A stretch of DNA of 64,000 bases, taken from positions 21,266,001 through 21,330,000 of the forward strand of contig OZ249446.1 of NCBI GenBank assembly GCA_965235115.1, read 5' to 3'. The notes beneath the pieces were generated by a model that saw only the letters and a list, made by a program, of their open reading frames with translations, did not search any database and was not told the origin of the DNA. Shown here piece by piece: positions 50,801 through 64,000 of the stretch. Both the position numbers and the translations under genes were made by a program. The stretch's first letter is position 1, and each line of letters starts with the position of its first letter. The stretch is from Laetmonice hystrix. Its lineage: Eukaryota.

Positions 50801-53800
50801 CTCAAGGAGTACATTATAGAAATAATTGTGTTGAATTGTTAAGACTCAGATCAAATCCTTCAATTTTCAAGGTTCTATTAAATTATGAATTACCGTCATA
50901 TGAAAGCCGTTTTTCCACAATTTTCATGAACCTTTGAACAGAATTCTCATTACCGAGGGCTTTCCGAAGTACCAACCTTTTATTTGTTTTTCTCGCCTAT
51001 AAACTTCTATGGATATACTCACCAAGTAGAAAAACCATCTCCTGTGTCAACTGTCTCTGCTGACACTCTTCCAGTGCTGCCTGGAGAGGGTAGTAGTTGG
51101 AGGCCCGGAGGAACGGCAGGAGTCGGGTACGGTCGTACTCGGCATACAATCGCACCTGGAGAGCATGGTGTTGTTGGCCGAGGTGGGCATCCCGCACAAA
51201 CAGTCGGTCCAGGTACTGCACATCAAGCATGTGTGTATAATCAATCTACACATTCTCCACACATTAATTGTTGGCCGTGAGCCTCGTTCAACATGTGCTG
51301 ACTAAAAACAGTTCAGTGGATGTACACAAAATGTACAACCATATTTACTGACTGTACTCATGTATTACTGTCCTTTTTGTAATAATTTTTTTGTTCATTT
51401 TATTTGTTTTGGACACCTTTGTTTTAGGCTGCAGATCGCTCTTTCAATGGTCATGGGGTAAAATATTGGTTTGTATCATGCCTGAACATCTGAAAGGTCA
51501 GATTTCCATGATTTCTATGTACATGTAGCCAATCTAACTGCCTTGTGGGTCTCTTTCCTTCATCGTGTCTGCTCAGGTGCTGCGATCTGTATAATGCCCC
51601 AAGTAAAGTTAACACTAGATGGCAGCACCAGAGTTTGGGGGACGGACTCACCAAGTGTAGGAGGTGTGGTGCTTTCTCCAACTGGTGTACCACCTTGTCA
51701 ATCTGAAACCACACCAAACATCATTCTTCAACACTAAATCTCATTCAACATCAGAGAATAATATCAAACATCATTCTTCAATACTAAATCTCATTTAACA
51801 TCAGAAAACACCAAACATTATTCTCCAACACTAAATCTCATTCAACATCAGAGAACAACACCAAAAATTATTCTTTAACACTAAATCTCATTCAACATCA
51901 GAGAACAACACCAAAAATTATTCTTTAACACTAAATCTCATTCAACATCAGAGAATAACACCAAACATCATTCTTCAATACTAAATCTCATTTAACATCA
52001 GAAAACAACACCAAAAATCATTCTTCAATACTAAATCTCATTCAACATCAGAGAACAACACCAAACATCATTCTTCAATACTAAATCTCATTCAACATCA
52101 GAGAACAACACCAAACATTATTCTTCAATACTTAATCTCATTCAACATCAGAGAACAACACCAAAAATTATTCTTTAACACTAAATCTCATTCAACATCA
52201 GAGAATAACACCAAACATCATTCTTCAATACTAAATCTCATTTAACATCAGAAAACAACACCAAAAATCATTCTTCAATACTAAATCTCATTCAACATCA
52301 GAGAACAACACCAAACATCATTCTTCAATACTAAATCTCATTCAACATCAGAGAACAACACCAAACATTATTCTTCAATACTTAATCTCATTCAACATCA
52401 GAGAACAACACCAAAAATTATTCTTTAACACTAAATCTCATTCAACATCAGAGAATAACACCAAACATCATTCTTCAATACTAAATCTCATTTAACATCA
52501 GAAAACAACACCAAACATTATTCTTCAATACTTAATCTCATTCAACATCAGAGAACAACACCAAAAATTATTCTTTAACACTAAATCTCATTCAACATCA
52601 GAGAATAACACCAAACATCATTCTTCAATACTAAATCTCATTTAACATCAGAAAACAACACCAAACATTATTCTTCAATACTAAATCTCATTCAACATCA
52701 GAGAACAACACCAAAAATGATTCTTTAACACTAAATCTCATTCAACATCAGAGAATAACACCAAACATCATTCTTCAATACTAAATCTCATTTAACATCA
52801 GAAAACAACACCAAACATTATTCTTCAATACTTAATCTCATTCAACATCAGAAAACAACACCAAACATTATTCTTCAATACTTAATCTCATTCAACATCA
52901 GAGAACAACACCAAACATTATTCTTCAATACTTAATCTCATTCAACATCAGACTGAACAAAACATTATTCCAGTTAGCCGATTACAAATAGCCTTGATCG
53001 GTTACATTTCCCTATGTCATTTTTATGTGGCTGAATGAGGTTTAGCAGACTTACCGGACACTTGTCAATGTTATCGAGCAGCATCTTAACGGCAGCCTCC
53101 GTATCAAAGTCCATCAGCAGCACGATCTTGTCGCTGATGGAGTCAAACAAGTTGTGTCGGTGGATAAGCTCAAAGACATCCTTGTGCTTCAGGCGCAGGT
53201 AGATCCCGAGGGCCTTGTCGTACCGCTTGTCGTGCGTGTACCTGGCAACACAAACCAACGGTAGTATTACCAGTAGTACCAGTAGTATTGGTAGTATTAT
53301 ACTGAAGTACATCTAGTAAATCCGGCAGTCCAAGGACCCAACTTTGTCAACGTTCCTACAGCAACACAGTAGGTTTGGGCCCCCTCAATGACTTTATTTA
53401 TATTTGCTGTCATATTCAACTACATTAGTATCAGACCTAGGGCTCCCCCCTTGTTCATTTTTCATGGCTTTCCACATTTTTAACAGTAACACCAGAATTT
53501 TTTTAGCTTTTTGGGTTGCTAACTTTGTCTCCCGTCCTCATGTGAACTTACAGTTCGCCGAGGCACTGCAGTAGAATGGCATTGTGTCGATCGCGATCCA
53601 ACTTGTCCAACACAGCATTGACAATGGTCTGAATGTTGTACAGGTCGCATGGCCACTCTTTGATCAAATTCTCAAACCCCTAAAACAAACAAACCCAGTC
53701 TTTTATTGTCACTCCATTTCAAAAGAAGTATCCATCCTGTATAGTTTTCAAGAATTTCTGGCCTGTCTTTTACCTGGGCTATACCTTACCATCAGTTCCC

Positions 53801-56800
53801 TAGTTAATTAATACCTATTTATTTCCTTTAAAGAAGCACTGTAAAGACTACCCACTTAATTGATTTGATAGATAGAGACAAATTCAACCATGTCTTCTCT
53901 ACATACTTACCACATGGTCAGTTTGAAGAAACTCATTGAGGACCATTTCATAGATACCGGGAGAGAGCCGTGGTTCACCTCGCGGGAGGTAGGGGGCGAT
54001 TGCCTGTGACCACAGAGAAAAAACAATAATATTTAATAATAGCTTCAGGCATTCACTTAGTGCATCAGTCACAGGGCCCAGTAGATGGAGTTTCCAAATC
54101 TACATCAGAACAATTTAACTTGGGAGATGAAAATTAAACACTGCATCTTACTGCATTATTGCTGAATTTTTTTTATATGAAGTAAATATAAGTAAATACA
54201 CTGAGAATTCCACGAAACTTAAATATGACTTTGACATTCACTGACCTTTAGTTGGTGTATCTGTGCGAACTTGTACACCTCCTCTTCCCACAGTTCCTTA
54301 CCCTTCCCGAGGATTTTCACACAGAGTCGTGCTGCATCTTCATACTCGCGCTCATCTAACAAGAAAGTCAGATACTGTTTTCCTATCTCCTGAAGATGGA
54401 AAACAATAAATTAACGCTTTTAGCAGCAACTTCAGTTGATTCACTTTTCATGAAAGATTACTTCTCATGCTGCTTATTAACAAACTCGGTATGAAGAAAA
54501 CTTAAAAAAACTTAAGAAAGATTAGAGTGATTTTTTTACACGGTAGAGAAGTGGCCAATGAGAATGACCACAAAGTGGCCGAGTTCTGACGACACCAGTT
54601 ACATGACCTACCTGGTAGTTGTGAGATTTCAAGTCCCTGCTGTGTTCTGATGCAGCCGCCATTGCTTCCTACAAGGGTCATGGCAGTAAAATACATAATA
54701 TCGAAATACTATATCACGATGTGTTATGATTGTGCAAAACAGTGACTGCAAGTGAACATTGTCCACAGTAGATGAAAGAAAGGGTACCTGATTTATTTAC
54801 TAATTTCCTTTTAAATTATCTAGTTAAAACATCAGTCATTTCTATTTTGCACATCAGTGTTTGAAGTCCATAAACTCACCTCAAACATTTCATGTTCTAG
54901 CAGCCAAGCGATATGATCATCCTGGTCACGCTGTCGGGACACCACAATATCTTTTGGACTTACAATAAAGAAGATATTTTCCTCACTGATTGCCTCTGGA
55001 ATATTAACAGAATTTAATCATTTCAGAACTTCGCTTGACACTTCTATAAAAAAATTTTTACTATTTTTTATACTTTAATTTATTTACTGAGCTTTTCATC
55101 CTTACCTAGATGGTAGTCATTGCAGCGGTACTCGGGGAAACCATTGACAGAGAGCGCATCATTTGAGACTTCATTGTAGTAATCCATGAACGGTTCGATG
55201 ATCCGTAAGTGAGGTCGGCTGGCTAACATTTTACCACCCTAAAACATGAATCAATAATAAATACAATTTCCCTTTAAAATTTCTGTATAAAAATAATTTT
55301 GAAGCCTTTTATGATTCAATTTTGGCAGAAAAAAAAATTGGTATATAATCAATTACAGAACAAAGTTTATGACACCTATCACTCACCTCCTGTGTGACCC
55401 CATTCTCATCATAGGTCAAGGTCACGAGATGGTCCCCGTATGCCGCTAAGCCACACACGTAGAACTCTGTTGTGAACATTGATACTGAAGGAAGTAAAAG
55501 TCAGTATGTAAGTAAAACATAATACAGGTAACATCATCAGTGTTTTCTAACAAGAGCAGCTTTTTAGACCAATCTAAAATCTTTATTATGAAGTGAAAGA
55601 AATGTCATTCAGTTGATTAATTTGCATTCCCTCATGATTCATCATCACTGATTAAAAGACCATTACGGTACATTATTACTAAGAAATATGTTTCCAACTC
55701 ACAAAAAATAAAATAAAAGTAAAAAGTACTGATATATTACCTAAACTGGCATACTTACCAATCTCAACGTAAGTGTTAGGAAGGTCTCGTATCTCCTGCT
55801 CTTTCCTGTCTTTCACTAAACACACCTACAGACCAACCAAAGTTTGAAATCACATGAATTAGATATAATCTTTAGATCATCACTTGCTTCCAACCAATTA
55901 TTTAGTATCTTTTTTTAAATCCCTTTATCATAGCTCAACCGTGAGAAGATACAAATTTCGCTATTTCTCTTTTCAAGTCCTTTCTCTGTCTTCATGCAGC
56001 CGTATCCTACAAATTGTTATTTAAATCTAGATGATTATGCGCTCATACCTCTTAATGCTAAAGCCATGCTACTTACCTTAATGCTGTTGCCCCAGCCAAT
56101 CAAAAGAGTCCTATCATCCTTCCATGCCAAATTACATCTATATAGTTCTGGCCGCAGGCTGTAGGTTGACGTTAAAATGGCAACAACAAAATCACAAAGT
56201 CATTAATAATTACGGAGAAGACTTATGAAATACTCTTTCAGAACAAAGGTGCCAGCAATATTTCCTTTCATTACATTATATCGGGTGGATAAAAAAAAAC
56301 GCCCCGAACTTCGAACTTTAATATTACAAAAACTATGCATTATAATTCCATATAATTTCTCATACTATTACTTCATGATATTATCTCTGGTATGTTAAAG
56401 TTTCAGCTCAATAGCTTTGATATTAATCCCGTGGCGCTAAAACCAAAAATCATTGTCTAAAAGCGCAATGCCGGAATTAGGTCAAATATCATGCAGCTGC
56501 CTGGTGTCCAATTTGATACCTGTTTGATGCACCGCATTGTACCTTGGGTAAAAAATGTTTCAATATTTAGTTTTTGCATGTTTTACAATATGTATAATGT
56601 TGTGGACAACTAGATATAATAAATTATGTGCTATTCCTAGTACTTCTAGAGAAAACTAGATGTTTACTGTGTCAAACCCTACAGAGAAACTGCAACATTA
56701 GGACGATATATGACTGTAACCAGAAGTTCAAGGGAAATCGTATCATTATCACGTTTAGAAACACGTTCAGAACGTTGCATATTTCCCAATGTTGGGAAGA

Positions 56801-59800
56801 TATGTCCCTATCGGAGATCATGAAGTGCATTGGCTCATGGAAAAAGAGACTGAAAGCAGTATGAAGTGAAAACGGGGGACCGATTGATCACCGACTGGAG
56901 TGTGAGGCCAGGGACTCTGGGTGCGACTACAACTCGCTTTAGGCCGGCATTGCGCTTTTGTACAATGATTTTTGTTTTTAGCGCCACGGAAAGATTATCC
57001 AAGCTATTGAGTTGTAACATTAACAACTACGAGACAACATCATGAAGTGATATTAAGAAAAATTTCATTGAATTACAATCATTACTTTTTGAGATATTGA
57101 AGTTTAAAGTTCGGGGCGTTTTATTTTATCCACCCGATATATTCCTCACCATAAAATGTATATCATGATCATGTTGGACCACAACAAATTTATAAGTCTT
57201 CAGGCATGAGACCACGTCCTTACAAGTGAAACAAAATGACCTCTAGGTATTTGTGGCTGATGTCTCATACAATCTGGTGCGTATAACATTTATATTAATT
57301 ATATTAAGCTAATATACTCTACTCACAAAAGAATGTTCTGCTTTGCTACGTGTTTTAACTACACGGAACATGCAAATAAACAACTGGCATTCATGGCACA
57401 AATTATACACACTCTCTGCTATTAAATAAACAACTGGCATTCATGGCACAAATTATACACACTCTCTGCTATTAAATAAACAACTGGCATTCATGGCACA
57501 AATTATACACACTCTCTGCTATTAAATAAACAACTGGCATTCATGGCACAAATTATACACACTCTCTGCTATTAAATAAACAACTGGCATTCATGGCACA
57601 AATTATACACACTCTCTGCTATTAAATAAACAACTGGCATTCATGGCACAAATTATACACACTCTCTGCTATTAAATAAACAACTGGCATTCGTGGCACA
57701 AATTACCGTAATCTTCCGTGTATAAGCCGCACTTTTTTCCTCCTCAAATTAATCATAAATCAGGGGTGCGGCTTATACATGGCCACAAGCTTCTGGAACC
57801 TTCTACGTCTATGTGGAGACCAAGTCATCCCTAGGTGGCACCACCAACGCTATTATTACACCCCTAGGCTAGTGGTGGTATTGCGAATAAAGTATTAATG
57901 TTATAGAGAGTTATAGATTTAAAGAAACATATAGAGAGAGATATAGACAGAGAAAGATTCTGGGCAAGATCATCATTTGAATGGGACAAAGGACAGGCAT
58001 TTCTGATGGGAACTGGCCTGCTTTATACCCACAACCCGTTAATACCCATTGTTTTACGTGTGACTCTTTGCTGACTAAGACAGTGAGATGGATTCCCAAA
58101 ATAAAAGTGGGTCCTATTGTTTTCAATGCCCCGTGAAAGCAACGGCCCGTTTAACAATGGGAGGTGATGGTGGCACCGGCGTCTGGCCAACGACTTTTCA
58201 CACTATGGCCAAGCTGGTGAAACACCTAGCTGATACACGTCTCAGCCTGTAGGGTTGATGGTTGGGGCCCAACTTTGCTACGACTGGCATCAGAAATGTG
58301 AATTTTTTTTTCTCTGACTTTTGCTCTAAAAACTGGGGTGTGGCTTATACATGGCCGCGGCTTGTACACGGAAGATTACGGTATACACTCTCTGCTATTA
58401 AATAAACAACTGGCATTTATGGCACAAATTATACACTCTCTGCTATTAAAACCCAAATCTACAAAACAAAACGTTATTGTCATTAATAACGTCAAAGTGG
58501 ACTGCAGTGCAATTTCTAATTAGATCAACAAAAGAAATGGCATGAAGGAATGTTTCTCAGTCATGTATCAGTAGGTATATTCTCATATATACCGGTACTT
58601 TCTCATTAAATGTACACTTCAAAGAAGTGTAGTTTATATTCAAAGAACAGAAAAACAAGTGAAGGATAGATGGAGTCGGAATGGAAAAACTAAAAACTGG
58701 ATGGCTAAGGTTGAAATAAAAATAGAGCAATATGGCATGCATGTTTCGCTTACAATGTTTGTGATCGATGGTTCCTGGAACATGTCATATATAAAGATAT
58801 TTCAAGAAGAGGTTGAGAAAAGGAAAGAAATGCTATCCAGGGTAAAATACAGTCTGTACTTGCTGGCATACATACGGAGTAATCGTAAAGCATTCTGAGA
58901 GTGTGCAGTTTGATGTAAGGTTTGGCCATTATGTGTATAGTTCGAGTAATACCGTACATAATTTTGCTAATCCATATAGGTGGAGAAATAAATTTGGCAA
59001 AATTCTATCATTCTGGATTTTGGTATTTTTATTATTATTTTTGTTTGTGTGTTCTACCTTATTTTGTATTTTTGATCACCAACAGTGAGGGAAAGGTTTA
59101 TAGTGGTTTATGGTATACATGTATATCTGAAGTGGAAAATAAAACAGACAACTGGATGTGTATGATCATGTACGGGTGTATATGATAAAAGTCCATGTAC
59201 ATTTCCGCACATCAACATTGCTGACTTGAAACTAACAGAGAATGATAATAATATATCAATATTTATCTTAAATCTGCCCATCCTTGTATTATGCATACTG
59301 GCCGAATTAGGCTTTATTCAACACAATTTCTGTGTTGAATAAAGGTCTCAGGAATACAGTGAACAAAATATCAGTTCTCTGAAACACTATTGTCATCATT
59401 ACTTCAACAATCCAACAAGAAAATTGAAATAATAAGTTCTATAAAATGAAAAAGTAGGATGAATATTGCAAACCATGACGTTTTGAAAGCTACCACTAGA
59501 GAAGGCACAAAACATAACCATGTGTCAAATGATGGATTTTTTTTCAAAATGTGTAAAGTTTGGGTCTGTATAAAGCAAAATAAAGACACTCTAAGATTGC
59601 TTACTTCTCCCAGGCTTGAAAAAATACTTTATTGACTCACCCTGGACTGTCTCTGGCGATGAATGTAATACGTCGCTTGGAGCTCATGTCATAAACTTTC
59701 ACACCCTGGGTATAAACAAAAATATTGTTATAAAATGTTCAGCATTATCCATCAACATAAACTGTTGTTACACTATTCCAAATATATTTTGCCTCTAAAT

Positions 59801-62800
59801 ATTTCCACCGACTACACAGCAAGGCACATTTTGGATTTTTTTTTAGGATTTTTCTTTCCTTCTAAAAATTAGTTTTAACATTCTTCAATATCAAAAACCA
59901 GAACTACATGTTTATGTAACGTACCACATCATTGGCCCATGCAATAAAATGTGACCTCCATTTGATACTTCTAATTGGTCCCTCTCCCTGGTGCAGAGTG
60001 TATGTCTTGTTGCGACTAAGAAAACCTTTTTCATTCAAAACGAGCTGGGGGAAAAAAGACAGAAAATATTGTTAGTCAAGTGGATTCTCAAAACTCAAAA
60101 CTCATATCTTTTTACTCAGGTGCAAGTACCGTACACTGTGGAAAACAATCTGAATATTTTTTTAGCAGAAAAGATGAAGTCATATTTTGAATGACTCAGT
60201 TTGAAATGCCTGATAGTGTCTGGCAATTATTACCAAACCAACCAGGTACATGTATTTATAAACCATTGCCTTTCAATCCACACCTGACAAAAAAAACAAA
60301 GTTTCCAAAAAGAACAAACACGATAGAATGCCCAAACACCTACATGACTGATCAAACCATTCAAAGACTCCCATGCTATTTTTACAGGGGAACCATCTCT
60401 GCACATCAGTGATTTTTTTAGCCGGTCAGAAAGTCGGTAAACCACCTGCATTGATTGCCACGCAGTGAAACCAAAGCGGAAATGATCGGCTGGCTCCTGT
60501 GTTTGCCTTCAACTGTCTGTCTATGGATCCACTGTCTACTGTCGACCTTATGACAAACTGAGCATCGGGTGCCAGCTCTCAGACTCTATCATGATACCAT
60601 GAAAACAAATGTGCCGTTGCTATGGAAACAGACTGTGTGAGAAAGTCAAAATCAATAGCAGAAAATACATCTGTGTGTGCAGGTGTTTGACTAATGGCAT
60701 TTTTCCCCTCTGTATGTGTCTCTCTCACGACGCCATGTCAGAGTCTGTGCATCTATGATGAACATTTCATTTCAGCATCTTTCTTTTTTATTATAACTGA
60801 AATAAAGATAATATAATCTATGCAACTGTCAAAGCCAGACATGATTTATGACTTTGATAGTTGCACAGATTTAAAATGTGATGTCTAACTATGATGATAT
60901 CAAGACTCATGCTCATTAATTTTTTTTCCAAACGGCTTACTCCCAATATAAATCTTGTTATCAAATTTGTTAAGATACATTGCTGCTTTCTCTGTTCAAA
61001 TATCATCAAGTCATCTACAATAATGACTGTCTATATAACATACAAAAGTATAATATAACAACTTATATCTCTCTAATTATGAAAACCTCCTTTAACCTTC
61101 GTATACAAAGCACCCTGTTTACATTATCCTTTTTTGCTGTTTGGAACTAATCTATTTTTAAGGAACATACTCTTCTATTTTGTGAACATGAAACTACTGA
61201 TTGAGCCCCAAACTGTGACCTTCAGCATTGGTTTGATCTCACTGATGAACATAGGTCTATACAGACATGAGCAGAAGGAATACGCAAATTCACTGAAAAT
61301 TTCTTGTTTGTGGCCGTAGACCACAACCCGAGGCCATCGGCATCGGAGAGGGAGGGGAGCTAGGGTCAAGCGAGGGGGGGCATCCTCCTCCCTTGGAAGG
61401 AAAATTTGAAAATCTTGACATTAATTGAGTGCATTCTGGTGACATTTGAGAGGGATATTAAGGGTATATCACCTAACATAGATTTGGACAAGTTTCACCC
61501 TAAGCCCCCTATATATATGCGTTTTTGAGATCTCATCATATTTACATAGATCTCGAAGACCACAAATTTTGAAGCGGAAAAAGCGGAAAACCGTGAATCC
61601 GTGGAAAATGCTCATGTCTGTCTATAGAACTTCACTTAGGGCTAGGATACATACCCCTTGCCTGATGGCTACTAATGGTATTACCCCCTTGCAAACACTG
61701 TATTGGTGTCATACCAACAGTTGTTAGTTAAATCTAAACATTGACAGGACAGTCCCTCACCTGCTGAACATTCAGTCTCTGAATATATAATAATAATATA
61801 ATATTCATCTTCCTTTTATTATTAAATAAATTATTGTATTAAATAGAGACCTTAAATATCTCCTTGCCATGTTCTACTCCTAGACATAATATTTTTCACT
61901 TGCAATCTTGAGTGGCTCTTACCAGTACTCAAAAATCTTCCATGGGACATTACAGAACTGCTTTGCTCTAATTGACAGCTATGTTATGAGCTTATTATAA
62001 CTCTGGAAGCTCACCTTGTCATCACCTGTGACGAAGTGCTTGCCACTGCCAGCCTTAGAGAACTGTGGATCGACAGCAACTGCCTTGACGGGTCGATCAA
62101 AGTTTATGACCTGGTTATTGTCTGTGTTGTAAAGTCCATTGATGACAACCTGGAAACACAGTGGCACAGCATAGCAATGATAATCTGTCACTTGTGATGC
62201 GTCATGCGACTCAGCCAAACAATGCATTTTTACAGTTTTTCAAGCACTGCCCAGGCTAGCACAGATCCAGGGGGCACAGGGGCCATGTCCCCCCCCCCCC
62301 TTCATTTGGCCAAGCATAGTTTTTTCCAATTCAAAAACCACGGCATTATAATGTGACCATGTACATTATTTGGCTGCTTGAATAAATGATGTTTTTTTAG
62401 ATCAAGTAACGTTGTTGTTATTTCAAGATTAGTTTTAATGAATGCTTATTCTTAAAAAGTATGTGCCCCCTTTTTAAAAAAATCCTGGATCTGTGCCTGT
62501 TATTCAAGGCAAAAATAATCAAAATATCACTTTTCAACCTGGCATTATGTAATTTTTCTACACTGAGCATCCTTTGCTGTAGTAACTATTCTGCATGTCC
62601 TAAATAACTCAATAATGTACGACTTTGGCTCAGGCTGACATTAAATTATGACGTCACAATAACTTTTACTTGTGGCACCGATTTCATCATGTTGACCGCA
62701 GACTACATCCCTTATAAGACTAAACTTTGTGTCATTACTGTCAATCATGAACAAGACGAATGAGAAAGTCAATGCTTTGCTATCCATGTCCTCCGTTAAC

Positions 62801-63745
62801 CTACCCGTCCGTCATCAGAACAACTGGCAATATAGTCCCCATTGTCATCAATACTGATCTGGTTAACTGTTGTCGTGTGCTGCAAAAAAAAAAAAAAGAA
62901 ATGTACAATTCATGTAAATTGACATGCCCATACACACTAAAATCTTCAAACTATGACAGAGAATTTTAACAAAATAATATTTTTAAAGCAGAAAATTCTT
63001 TTACAAGTTCTACTGCAGTAAGCATCTTACAAATAAAGGTAAGTTAAATATTTACCGCAGGTAACTCCTTACTCCGGATGTTATTGCCACAATGGTCGAG
63101 GATATGAATCATGCCCCAATGAGTGCCCAGTGCTAGGAACTGGAGAATAAAAATTACGATAAAAATCAACATCATACCATTATTCTGTCACTTATTTCAT
63201 TTTATATTTAGCTACATGAGATCACTGTATGGTCTCAATATTTCTTTCTCTTACTAATTTAAGGTTCAGATTCATCTTATTTCAGCACTGTAGCCCTTAT
63301 AAAAATCACCCTTGCTCAAAAACTGTTGTCATACATCTTTGTAGTCATTTAAGATTGTGGAGGAACATTATAATACAAAATATAATTTTATCCTAAGAGA
63401 TCAAAGAATTATAAGATGTAAACAGACCTTGGGATGTACACCCATGCAACTAGCAGCATCTTTACTGAGGATGGACGACAAATCATTGTTGATTCGCTCA
63501 TACTTCAACTTAGGTTCCACCTCCTGCATACGGAAAAATATTTGACTAAAACCAAGTTAAAGTGGCATGGTCAATACAAAACTATAAAACAAAACATATT
63601 AGCTGATTACTAGATAAAGTATGAGTTGAAAAATATTTAAATAGAACTATATTTTTAACAGACTTTCAAAGTTACACTTTTCTTTGGTTGGAGACCATAC
63701 CTCTGAATCTTCCTCTGATTCTGTGTCCTCCTCATCTTCTTCATC
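47793..63745 (-). CDS. VPS41: Vacuolar protein sorting 41 (HOPS subunit); the start exon lies beyond the window end
   Basis: Phase-consistent minus-strand exons: 63745-63701, 63523-63428, 63139-63056, 62879-62805, 62149-62015, 60044-59925, 59705-59641, 56158-56077, 55825-55759, 55484-55387, 55238-55106, 54995-54880, 54668-54612, 54389-54246, 54003-53911, 53679-53552, 53241-53055, 51702-51652, 51215-51023, 50737-50597, 50175-50039, 49031-48887, 48467-48388, 47858-47793. Diagnostic peptides: EPKLKYERI, FLALGTHWG, LYAEYDRTRLLPFLR, GTHVDPIILIQRI, and a C-terminal RING-H2 ending CSAQKRGPG. Confidence 0.95.
48584..48759. mobile_element. Tc1/mariner-type MITE (TA TSD), copy 2
   Basis: Homologous along its length to 31944-32118; TA flanks. 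Confidence 0.85.
49288..50059. repeat. 37-bp minisatellite made of the VPS41 exon end plus 5' splice site, with a 120-bp higher-order repeat
   Basis: Unit gagtacatacctgaagttggtagtcctggagctcact; lines 49321, 49441 and 49561 are identical (120-bp period). Confidence 0.95.
49869..50016. mobile_element. Palindromic Harbinger-like MITE inserted in the 37-bp array
   Basis: TIR GGCCCGGTTTTTTGGTTGAGC; centre GAGTCGACTC with no spacer; flanks CAG...CTG, whereas empty units read gtcCTGgag. Confidence 0.92.
50293..50460 (+). mobile_element. Probable tRNA-derived SINE (antisense in a VPS41 intron)
   Basis: Pol III A-box TGGCTCAGTGG (~50296) and B-box GGTTCGAACCC (~50342); no complete cloverleaf; followed by non-tRNA body. 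The 3' end is approximate. Confidence 0.55.
51704..52935. repeat. 50-bp minisatellite (~24 copies) abutting a VPS41 splice acceptor
   Basis: Unit acaccaaacatcattcttcaatactaaatctcattcaacatcagagaaca; the terminal copy forms the acceptor region of exon 51702-51652. Confidence 0.97.
56279..57139. mobile_element. Tc1/mariner-like deletion derivative with ~200-bp imperfect TIRs
   Basis: Ends tatcgggtggataaaa...aacgccccgaactt; inner TIR gtggcgctaaaa..aaaaatcattgt..aaaagcgcaatgccgg is mirrored; TA context; no transposase ORF. Confidence 0.85.
57375..58450. repeat. 50-bp minisatellite split by a MITE
   Basis: Unit attaaataaacaactggcattcatggcacaaattatacacactctctgct; resumes at 58382 after the insertion. 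Confidence 0.95.
57706..58381. mobile_element. pogo/Tigger-like MITE (TA TSD) inserted in the 50-bp array
   Basis: TIR CCGTAATCTTCCGTGTA(T/C)AAGCCGC; TA duplicated relative to the empty repeat unit aaatTAtacac. Confidence 0.92.
62266..62498. mobile_element. Degenerate hAT-like MITE
   Basis: Inverted repeat cacagatccagg / cctggatctgtg with a poly-C interior; TSD not resolved. Confidence 0.55.
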
Positions 63746-64000
63746 CTTTATGGAATAAAATAGGAGAAAATAATCAAAGATGCAACACTTTGAAATTACA
63801 ATATATCCTAACAGCCAAATCTTTAACGCCATTTTTTCTCCCAAGTTGGGAAGTGAAGCATGCATGTTCAGGTTCTTGGACTCAGGTTAGTATGCATAGT
63901 TAACCTTCAGCTAGTTGAGTCTAGTAGGTCAAACCTGTGATTACAAGGCCAGTCTACTGAGTAAACCAGCAACTGGGGCAGAGAGGCTAATTCACACCTC

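Noticed and set aside
58557-59589. Nested gene in the large VPS41 intron
   Set aside because: Only short AT-rich ORFs without recognisable domains or convincing splice chains.

Overview
This is eukaryotic genomic DNA, AT-rich and intron-rich, from a non-vertebrate animal; the species cannot be determined from the sequence alone. I reconstructed four spliced protein-coding genes by hand, with GT-AG introns and consistent reading-frame phases. (1) The 3' part of ANKAR (+, 18 exons, stop at 16531). (2) SNAP47 (+, 19064-20947). (3) A 16-exon gene of about 1001 aa (+, 24965-43191) that mostly falls below the ORF track. It joins an N-myristoylation motif and a degenerate NCS/recoverin-type EF-hand domain (196 aa) in frame to a kelch beta-propeller carrying a ~460-aa low-complexity insertion. 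(4) VPS41 (-, 47793 to beyond the window end). Introns hold about 20 non-autonomous DNA-transposon MITEs (PIF/Harbinger-like, hAT-like, Tc1/mariner-like) and about 11 minisatellites. The most notable observations are the EF-hand-kelch architecture, minisatellites built from copies of functional splice sites, MITEs flanked by inverted CAG...CTG instead of a true TSD, hAT-like MITEs with 6- and 7-bp TSDs, and an inverted pseudo-copy of a SNAP47 exon fragment upstream of its own promoter. There are no CRISPR arrays, rRNA genes, intact tRNA genes or transposase ORFs. All family assignments come from recalled sequence similarity, not from database searches.
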